Origin: Gemmatimonadota bacterium
GTDB taxonomy: Bacteria; Gemmatimonadota; Gemmatimonadetes; Longimicrobiales; Gaopeijiaceae
Direction of reading: 5' to 3'
DNA: 42,362 bases
Assembly (NCBI GenBank): GCA_050114675.1
Contig: JASFRY010000001.1
Span: 1 to 42,362, forward strand
The notes below the pieces were generated by a model. It was not told the origin of the DNA. It did not search any database and saw only the letters and a program-made list of their open reading frames with translations. Below, in pieces: positions 36,344 to 42,362 of the stretch (positions are counted from its first letter, which is position 1; every line of letters starts with the position of its first letter). The position numbers were made by a program, and so were the translations under genes.

Positions 36344-37519
36344 ATGACGCCGTCGGCCGACGCACCAGAGCCCACGACCAGGGGCAGCGGGCCCGGAGAG
36401 ACTCCGGCCGCCCGGATCCTGCACGCCCTCTCGGTCGTGAGCGTGTTCACCGTCGGGATCGTCCTGTCGGGGTGGCTTGCCCGGGAGCTCGCCGAGATGA
36501 ACCTCGTGTACCTGTTCCTCGTTCCGGCGTACGTGACCGTCGTGCTGACCCACGAGGCCGGTCACGCCGTGGCCGGGTTGGCGATGAGCTTCAGGGTGGC
36601 CTTCCTGTACATGGGGCCCCTGCGGGTGGAGTGGCCCAAGGGGAGGCGGCCCATGAGGGTCGAGCTGAATCACCGGCTCAGCCTCTGGGGTGGCGCCGTG
36701 GTGGTTCTCCCGCGGTCGTATCCTCCCGGTGACGAGCTGGGACCGTTCCGCATACGCATGGCCACGATGTTCGCGGCCGGCCCGGGCGCGAGCGTCTTCG
36801 GGGGCCTGATCGCGCTCGGCCTCTCTCTCCGGTTCCCGTCGCTCCAGGTCGGCAGCTTCGACAGTCCCATTTCGTGGCTGCAGCTGCTCGCGCTCATGTC
36901 CATCCTCATCGGCCTCGCACAGTTGGTTCCCATCCGGTTCGGCGACCAACGGAGCGACGGACTGCGGGTGCTGCGCCTGCTCCACGCACGTCCGGGCACC
37001 AACAACGCGCTCCTGGACGCCATGATCGTCGCCAATGCGGACGGCGTTCGTCCGCGCGACTGGCCCCTCCCGGCGCCCCGGACGTTCGACGAGATCACCG
37101 ACTTGCCCACCCTGGTCCTGATCTACTATGCGCTGCTGGATCGCGGCCGCCCCGACGAGGCCTGGAGGGTCCTCAACCTGCCCAGCGAGCACGGGAAGGG
37201 AAGGAGCGACAGGACCTGGCGGGTGGTGCGGGACCTGGAGCGTACCTACCTCCGCACCGTCTATCTCAACGGGGACGGCTCGGAGATCCCCGAGGCGGAC
37301 CTTCCCACGAGACATCCCCGGGTGTCCGCCTTGAGTCTCGTGCGGGCGCGTGCAGCCCAGATGGTCGCACGCGGGAACACGATGGAGGCCGTCCGGTGCG
37401 CCGATGCCGTCCGCCACTGGCGAACGGTCCCCTATACCTCCGGCCTGACTCAGTTCAACCTCTCCGAGCTCGACAGGATCCTCGCGTCCGCGGAGGATCC
37501 GACCGCCCCACGGTCCTGA
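36344..37519 (+). CDS. M50/site-2-protease-like membrane metalloprotease with a C-terminal soluble domain
   Basis: HExxH lies in a TM helix (VVLTHEAGHAVAGL), and a second motif resembles NxxPxxxxDG (LVPIRFGDQRSDG). There are several TM segments. The start is ATG 36344 or GTG 36212. Confidence 0.7.
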   Translation: MTPSADAPEPTTRGSGPGETPAARILHALSVVSVFTVGIVLSGWLARELAEMNLVYLFLVPAYVTVVLTHEAGHAVAGLAMSFRVAFLYMGPLRVEWPKGRRPMRVELNHRLSLWGGAVVVLPRSYPPGDELGPFRIRMATMFAAGPGASVFGGLIALGLSLRFPSLQVGSFDSPISWLQLLALMSILIGLAQLVPIRFGDQRSDGLRVLRLLHARPGTNNALLDAMIVANADGVRPRDWPLPAPRTFDEITDLPTLVLIYYALLDRGRPDEAWRVLNLPSEHGKGRSDRTWRVVRDLERTYLRTVYLNGDGSEIPEADLPTRHPRVSALSLVRARAAQMVARGNTMEAVRCADAVRHWRTVPYTSGLTQFNLSELDRILASAEDPTAPRS

Positions 37520-37527
37520 CCTCCCCC

Positions 37528-37567
37528 GCCGGCGCCCGCACTCTGCGGGAACGCTCCGCGCGCCGGC
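37528..37567 (+). terminator. Nested GC-rich stem-loop just after the M50-like gene
   Basis: GCCGGCGC (37528-37535) pairs with GCGCCGGC (37560-37567). The inner stem is CCGCA/TGCGG (37536-37540 / 37544-37548). Confidence 0.4.
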
Positions 37568-37803
37568 ACCGTCACGTGCCCGGCTGTGGCCGTGCGCTTC
37601 ACGGCTGCAGCCGCCACCCCTTGCGCACGTCGCTCGACCCCGCCACCGGAAAGCGGACCGGAAAGGAGTGCTTGCGATGAGAAAGAAGGTCTGGAACAGG
37701 GGTCCCCCGGCGCGTTAAGCGAGCGTTGTCCGAGCGTCATCTGCGTGCTCAAGTTGTTGTTAATACATGACTTGAGGCCCATGACCACCCACTCCCCCTC
37801 ATG

Positions 37804-37818
37804 TGGTATGTCCGTTGC
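37804..37818 (+). promoter_or_regulatory. Sigma-54 (-24/-12) promoter-like element upstream of flp
   Basis: TGGTATG-TCCG-TTGC has GG (37805-37806) and GC (37817-37818) 12 nt apart and a perfect TTGC. It lies about 120 nt upstream of the flp ATG, with an AT-rich tract upstream. Confidence 0.55.
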
Positions 37819-37937
37819 CCCAGGGATAGGCTCACAGCTTCACGTCAGGCGCCGCACGGCGTGGCGGCCTGAACCACAACCCATGGCCTGCGCGCCGATG
37901 CGGTAGGCCCCAGTGTCACGTAAGGGGGGATGACACG

Positions 37938-38129
37938 ATGATGGACCTCATGCAGCGTTTCTGGAATGACGAGTCGGGGCAGGGGCTCACCGAGTACGCC
38001 CTCGTTCTCGCGCTCGTCTCGATCGGCCTCATTGCGGTGCTGGTGCTCTTCCGCGATGCGATCGGAAAGGTCTTCAGCCGCGTCGTGGACGTGCTGGACA
38101 GCGCGCCCGAAGGCGGCTACGCGCCCTGA
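37938..38129 (+). CDS. flp: Flp family type IVb pilin
   Basis: 63 aa. The Flp motif ESGQG|LTEYALVLALVSIGLIAVLV matches the G/xxxxEY processing site plus hydrophobic helix. AAGGGGGGA lies upstream of ATGATG. Confidence 0.9.
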   Translation: MMDLMQRFWNDESGQGLTEYALVLALVSIGLIAVLVLFRDAIGKVFSRVVDVLDSAPEGGYAP

Positions 38130-38158
38130 CCTGGGGCGTACAGGCTGCGCGTGAGTGC

Positions 38159-38182
38159 CCGGGGGCGTTTCGGCGCCCCCGG
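38159..38182 (+). terminator. Strong GC hairpin 29 nt after the flp stop (possible attenuator or terminator)
   Basis: The stem-loop is CCGGGGGCG - TTTCGG - CGCCCCCGG, a 9-bp perfect stem, followed by CTCTCTG. Confidence 0.5.
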
Positions 38183-38231
38183 CTCTCTGCCTGGACCTTT
38201 CGTCGCCTCTGAAGGTCCGCCTGGGAATCCC

Positions 38232-38741
38232 ATGAATATCGTCCTGGCTTTCGTGCTCTCGCTGGCCGTGGTCTGCGACCTCCGCGAGCGACGCATCCCC
38301 AACGCCCTCACGCTGGGCGGGGCGGTTGCCGCGCTCACGCTGCGATTGCTGATCGATCCGGCGCTCGTCCTGAACGGGCTGATGGGGGCGGCGGTGGGGT
38401 CGGTCGTGGCAGTCACGCTGTTCGCGATCGGCGCGTTCGGCGCGGGAGACGGGAAGCTCCTGATCGCGGTCGGGGCCTTCCTCGGCCTTCAGGGCCTGCC
38501 AACAGCGCTTCTGGCAACGGGAGCCGTCGGAGGGATCATGACGCTCATCGTATCATGGCAGAGGGGTGTCTTCATTCCCCTCCTCATCCGGGTCAAGGAC
38601 CTGGCGCTGTGGTGCATCACGCTGGGTCGCGCCGGGACACGCTGGAGCCTGTCCGACGGCGCGGCCATCACGATGCCCTATGGGCCGGCCATTGCCGTAG
38701 GTGCCACCCTCGCCTGGGCCATCCGGCCCGTCCTGCCATGA
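38232..38741 (+). CDS. cpaA: Prepilin peptidase CpaA/TadV (A24 family)
   Basis: The polytopic protein carries two catalytic Asp contexts, VVCDLRERRIPN and GAFGAGDGKLL. The start is ATG 38232. Confidence 0.88.
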   Translation: MNIVLAFVLSLAVVCDLRERRIPNALTLGGAVAALTLRLLIDPALVLNGLMGAAVGSVVAVTLFAIGAFGAGDGKLLIAVGAFLGLQGLPTALLATGAVGGIMTLIVSWQRGVFIPLLIRVKDLALWCITLGRAGTRWSLSDGAAITMPYGPAIAVGATLAWAIRPVLP

Positions 38742-39178
38742 TGGCCGGCAAGAAGGTGCGGCGCCGCCGCAGGTCGTGGCACCGGGACCGCTCCGGCCAG
38801 GCCATGGTCGAGTTCGCCCTTGTCACTCCGCTGCTGCTCATCCTGATCCTGGCGGTGGTGGACTTCTCGCGTGCCTGGTATGCACACCAGGTGATCACGA
38901 ACACCGCCCGGGAGGCCCTTCGGGCCGCGGTGGTGGACAATCCGGCCTACACGCAGGAGGCGATGAAAGCTCAGATCAACGACCAGCTCAAGGTCGCGTC
39001 ACTCGACCCGTCCCGGGCTGGCATCTCCTTCGACGGTTGGCGGTCCGGTACCGGGAATCCGGCGACCATCGAGCTCACATATCGCTTCGATTTCGACATC
39101 CTCGGACCGCTGATGGAATGGGCAGCCGGTGACCGCACCGTGACCCTCCACAGCCGGTTCATCATGCGCAACGAATAG
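38738..39178 (+). CDS. tadE: TadE-like pseudopilin/pilus assembly protein
   Basis: The TadE N-terminal motif reads GQAMVEFALVTPLLLILILAVVDFSRAW. The ATG overlaps the cpaA stop (ATGA). Confidence 0.85.
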   Translation: MMAGKKVRRRRRSWHRDRSGQAMVEFALVTPLLLILILAVVDFSRAWYAHQVITNTAREALRAAVVDNPAYTQEAMKAQINDQLKVASLDPSRAGISFDGWRSGTGNPATIELTYRFDFDILGPLMEWAAGDRTVTLHSRFIMRNE

Positions 39179-39197
39179 CCCCAGCCCACACCGACCC

Positions 39198-40034
39198 ATG
39201 AAGAACAAACGAGTTTTGCTCACGTTGGCTGGTGCCCTCGGATCCGGCCTCCTGGCAGGATACCTCGCGCTGACCTATGTGAGCGTCGATACACCGTCGC
39301 TGGTCGCAGCCGAGCCCAAGGGGACCCAGGTCGTGGTGGCCTCTCGGGACCTTTCCGTCGGGCACATCGTCACCCGGGAGGACGTGGAGATCGTCGACTG
39401 GCCGTCGAAGAACGTGCCCGACGGCTTCTACATGCAGCCCGGTGAGGTCCTCGGGAAGGGCGTGATGTTCGCAATGCACCGGAACGAGCCCCTCCTGGCG
39501 GCCAAGCTGGCCGACAAGAGTGCGGGCGGGGGGCTGCCGCTCACCATCCCGGAGGGCAAGCGCGCCGTGAGCGTCGAGGTCGACGAGGTCGTCGGCGTGG
39601 CCGGGTTCGTCCTGCCGGGAACACGGGTTGACGTGCTCGCCACGGTCATGCCCAACGCCAACCGCAGCGAGACCACGACCCGGATCATCCTTCAGAACAT
39701 CCCGGTCCTCACCGCCGACCAATCCTATCAACAGGATCCCAACGAGGATCCGAAGGTCGTGACGGTGGTCACGCTCCTGGTGACGCCTCCCGAAGCCGAG
39801 TCGCTCACCCTCGCCTCGACGGAAGGCAAGATCCAACTCGCGCTCCGGAACATGCTGGACATCGACTCCGTCTCCACGGGCGGGATGCGCATCGCGGGCC
39901 TGGTGCAGAACGCCACCCGGCGCCCCACCACGAGCTCCAAGAGCCGTCCTGCGACACCACCCGAGCCGAAGGTGGTCGAGACCTACAAAGGCGGAAGCCG
40001 CACGCTTCTCAAGTTCAAGACTGGGGGACGCTGA
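39198..40034 (+). CDS. cpaB: Flp pilus assembly protein CpaB/RcpC
   Basis: An N-terminal TM anchor is followed by a SAF-like segment (VVVASRDLSVGHIVTREDV) and the RcpC/CpaB core (LPLTIPEGKRAVSVEVDEV..GFVLPGTRVDVLAT). Confidence 0.88.
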   Translation: MKNKRVLLTLAGALGSGLLAGYLALTYVSVDTPSLVAAEPKGTQVVVASRDLSVGHIVTREDVEIVDWPSKNVPDGFYMQPGEVLGKGVMFAMHRNEPLLAAKLADKSAGGGLPLTIPEGKRAVSVEVDEVVGVAGFVLPGTRVDVLATVMPNANRSETTTRIILQNIPVLTADQSYQQDPNEDPKVVTVVTLLVTPPEAESLTLASTEGKIQLALRNMLDIDSVSTGGMRIAGLVQNATRRPTTSSKSRPATPPEPKVVETYKGGSRTLLKFKTGGR

Positions 40035-40036
40035 TC

Positions 40037-41380
40037 ATGACCTGGAAACCTCGGAACGGGGCCGGGCGGACCAGCCTGCCCATCCTCGTCGCGCTGTTCG
40101 CCCTGGCGGCCATCGCCCTGGCCCGGCCCAGCACCCTCCACGGACAGTCGATCCTGTCGACGCCCGAGCGTGTGATCACACTGGCCAAGGGGACCTCGGC
40201 GCTCATCCAGTATCCGGGCGAGCTTACCCGGGTCTCGGTGACCGACCCCGAGGTCGCGGAGGCGGTCGTCATGTCGCCCACCGAGGTCCTGGTCAACGGG
40301 GCCGGCCTGGGGACGACGAGCCTCCTCCTCTGGGATACCGCGGGCGCGCGGAGGCTCTACTCCGTGGAGATCACGGCAGACGTGGCATCGCTCCAACGCT
40401 ATCTCGACGTGCTCTTTCCCGAGGAGCACATCCAGGTGACGGCCCGGGGGAACACGGTCATGCTCTCCGGTGAGGTGAGCGACGCTCGCGTGGCCGCCCG
40501 AGCCAACGAGCTCGCGACCGCGACGGGGGCCCAGGTGCTGGACAACCTCCAGACCCCGGCGCCGCGCCAGATCCTGCTCGAGGTCCGCTTTGCGGAAGTG
40601 AACCGCAGCGCGATGTCCACGCTGGGCAACAACATCCTCCAGACCCTCAACCCGCACAAGCTGTCCGCGGGCGGGGACTGGTCGGCCGGCACGGACAGTG
40701 AAGGCCAGATCGACCTGTCGCTCATCAGCAACGACGCGGAGTTCAGCGCGCTCATCCGTGCCCTGAAGTCCAACGGGGATTTCAAGAGCCTCGCCGAGCC
40801 GAACCTCCTGGCCCTCGATGGCCAGGAAGCGTCGTTCCTCGCCGGCGGTGAATTCCCCTTCCCGACCATCCAGGGTGGTGCCGCCAGCAACGCAGTCACC
40901 ATCCAGTGGCGGGAGTTCGGGGTGCGCCTGCACTTCACTCCGCACGTGACGAACATCGGCAACATCCGCCTGGAAATCGCACCCGAGGTTTCCTCTCTGG
41001 ACTTCGCGGGCGGCCTGAGCATGGCCGGATTCCAGATTCCGACGATCCTGACCCGCAAGGCGGCGACGGCCATCGAGCTCCGGGAAGGACAACATCTCGC
41101 GATCGCTGGGCTCCTGGACAACACCATGCAGGAGAATGTCGACAAGCTCCCCTTGCTCGGAGACATCCCGATTCTCGGCCAACTCTTCCGCTCGAAGGAC
41201 ATGCGGCAGAAGCGCACCGAGCTTCTGGTGATCGTGACGCCGAGGCTGGTGGAGCCCAGCGATCGGGACATCCCCGTGCCCACAGGCGAGCCCGGGAGCT
41301 GGCAGTGGGACGGCCAGCTGCGCGGAGCGCCCTTCGATCCCGACACCATCCCCCCGATGGGGCCCGGGAGCGGCGGCTGA
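40037..41380 (+). CDS. cpaC: Tad secretin CpaC/RcpA
   Basis: A signal peptide is followed by the pilus-formation N-domain (ITLAKGTSALI...VSVTDPEVAEAVVMSPTEVLVNGAGLGTTSLLLWD). The secretin core reads AEPNLLALDGQEASFLAGGEFPFPT and LPLLGDIPILGQLFRSK...ELLVIVTPRLV. Confidence 0.92.
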   Translation: MTWKPRNGAGRTSLPILVALFALAAIALARPSTLHGQSILSTPERVITLAKGTSALIQYPGELTRVSVTDPEVAEAVVMSPTEVLVNGAGLGTTSLLLWDTAGARRLYSVEITADVASLQRYLDVLFPEEHIQVTARGNTVMLSGEVSDARVAARANELATATGAQVLDNLQTPAPRQILLEVRFAEVNRSAMSTLGNNILQTLNPHKLSAGGDWSAGTDSEGQIDLSLISNDAEFSALIRALKSNGDFKSLAEPNLLALDGQEASFLAGGEFPFPTIQGGAASNAVTIQWREFGVRLHFTPHVTNIGNIRLEIAPEVSSLDFAGGLSMAGFQIPTILTRKAATAIELREGQHLAIAGLLDNTMQENVDKLPLLGDIPILGQLFRSKDMRQKRTELLVIVTPRLVEPSDRDIPVPTGEPGSWQWDGQLRGAPFDPDTIPPMGPGSGG

Positions 41381-41439
41381 GGTGAGGCATCCGCCTCCTT
41401 CCGACCGCCGATACGTTCACTCTTGCCGAGGACGCCAGC

Positions 41440-42362
41440 ATGCGACGTCAACTGAGACTCTGGTCCGATAGACGGGGATCTGCGGTGGCACTTGTCGCCG
41501 TCAGTCTGGTGCCGTTGATGGCGCTGCTGGCCCTCGGCATCGACATGGGGATGCTCTTCGACGCCCACAGGGAGGCCCAGCGGGCAGCGGACTCGGCGGC
41601 GCTGGCAGGTGCCAGCGCATTCCTTGACTTCCCGGCGCTGGAGGCCCCGAAGCCTGCACGGGAGCGGGCCGTCGAATACGCGGTCCGGAACTGGATCCGC
41701 AACAAGCAGATCGAAGCCTCCGAGGTCACCGTGGCGGTGAACGTGGACAGCGCCACCGTCACCGTCGGCATCCGGCGCGACGGGGTGTCCACGTGGTTCG
41801 CGCGTCTTCTCGGAGAGACCGAGGTGCCCATCGGGGCCCAGGCGACCGCCCAGGCTTCGGATGCCGGGACTGCCCAGTGCCTCAAGCCGTTCGCGGTGCC
41901 CGACATGTGGGACGAGTCCAACGACGACACCAACCACAACCGGGTCTGGGACGACAACGAGAAGTGGAACTTCGATCCCGGGCAGGACCGCTACGAGCGG
42001 TACGACGGTGACGTCGGCTCGGGGTCGGAGACCGGATACGGCAGCGACTGGCGGAATTTCTTCTCTGACGCCAACGGGAACCGGTTCCAGCGGGACTACG
42101 GCCGCCGGATCAAGATCAAGGTCACGGATCCGAAGGACTCCTTCGTCCCGTCCTTCTTCTATCCGTGGGTCGTGCCGCCCGATGCGAATCAGCCCGACTG
42201 CGGTGAGGATCGTGCCGGGAACGACGCCGTCGGGAACGGGAAGGGCAACGGGAACGGCGGGACCAACAACGGGAACGGCGGGACCAACAACGGGAACGGC
42301 GGGACCAACAACGGGAACGGCGGGACCAACAACGGGAACGGCGGGACGAACAACGGGAAGGG
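41440..42362 (+). CDS. tadG: TadG-like (Tad N-terminal domain) pilus-associated protein, 3'-truncated by the window end
   Basis: My own translation from ATG 41440 gives MRRQLRLWSDRRGSAVALVAVSLVPLMALLALGIDMGMLFDAHREAQRAADSAALAGASAF..., which fits the TadG-like N-terminal pattern. The frame stays open to the window end and finishes in GNGGTNN repeats. Confidence 0.75.
   Translation, partial: MRRQLRLWSDRRGSAVALVAVSLVPLMALLALGIDMGMLFDAHREAQRAADSAALAGASAFLDFPALEAPKPARERAVEYAVRNWIRNKQIEASEVTVAVNVDSATVTVGIRRDGVSTWFARLLGETEVPIGAQATAQASDAGTAQCLKPFAVPDMWDESNDDTNHNRVWDDNEKWNFDPGQDRYERYDGDVGSGSETGYGSDWRNFFSDANGNRFQRDYGRRIKIKVTDPKDSFVPSFFYPWVVPPDANQPDCGEDRAGNDAVGNGKGNGNGGTNNGNGGTNNGNGGTNNGNGGTNNGNGGTNNGK
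42250..42362 (+). repeat. 21-bp in-frame tandem repeat (at least 5 copies) encoding GNGGTNN
   Basis: GGGAACGGCGGGACCAACAAC units start at 42250, 42271, 42292, 42313 and 42334. The fifth copy has one synonymous C>G change, and a sixth copy is cut by the window end. Confidence 0.9.

Noticed and set aside
42250-42362. Regularly spaced short repeats that could be mistaken for a CRISPR array
   Set aside because: The units are directly tandem (21 bp, no spacers), in frame with the TadG-like ORF, and encode a GNGGTNN heptad. This is a coding tandem repeat, not a CRISPR array.

Overview
This is a very GC-rich bacterial chromosomal window (about two-thirds G+C by eye). It is densely coded on both strands and shows Gram-negative envelope features. 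I saw no rRNA, tRNA, CRISPR array, transposase or integrase. The left two-thirds is mostly housekeeping and metabolism: a sigma-54-dependent response regulator, phosphofructokinase, a CheY-like regulator beside a cNMP-binding/PP2C phosphatase, and a rearranged paaA/B/C/D-like di-iron oxygenase cluster. It continues with a PLP decarboxylase coupled to a CPBP protease, an ECF sigma / RsrA-like zinc anti-sigma operon, gyrA, an esterase, a CDP-alcohol phosphatidyltransferase plus HAD hydrolase, an M28-PDZ peptidase and a TolB-like propeller. Further along are a proline dehydrogenase-QueE-NUDIX operon, an MDR oxidoreductase, MazG, and a PAS hybrid histidine kinase operon. The right third is a cell-surface region: an IPT/TIG-Kelch lipoprotein, an exported beta-rich protein, an M50-like metalloprotease, and the start of a Tad/Flp pilus locus (flp-cpaA-tadE-cpaB-cpaC-tadG-like, truncated at the window end). 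The most interesting signals are non-coding. Three strong sigma-54 -24/-12 promoter matches lie in intergenic DNA. One sits behind a triple-dyad enhancer-like cluster next to the sigma-54 activator gene with no obvious gene downstream, one is upstream of the IPT/Kelch lipoprotein, and one is upstream of flp. Other points are a split PaaD, two genes with 5'-proximal frame disruptions, a repeat/palindrome element between convergent genes, and a 21-bp coding tandem repeat in the TadG-like gene. Many long antisense ORFs in the supplied track are GC-composition artefacts.
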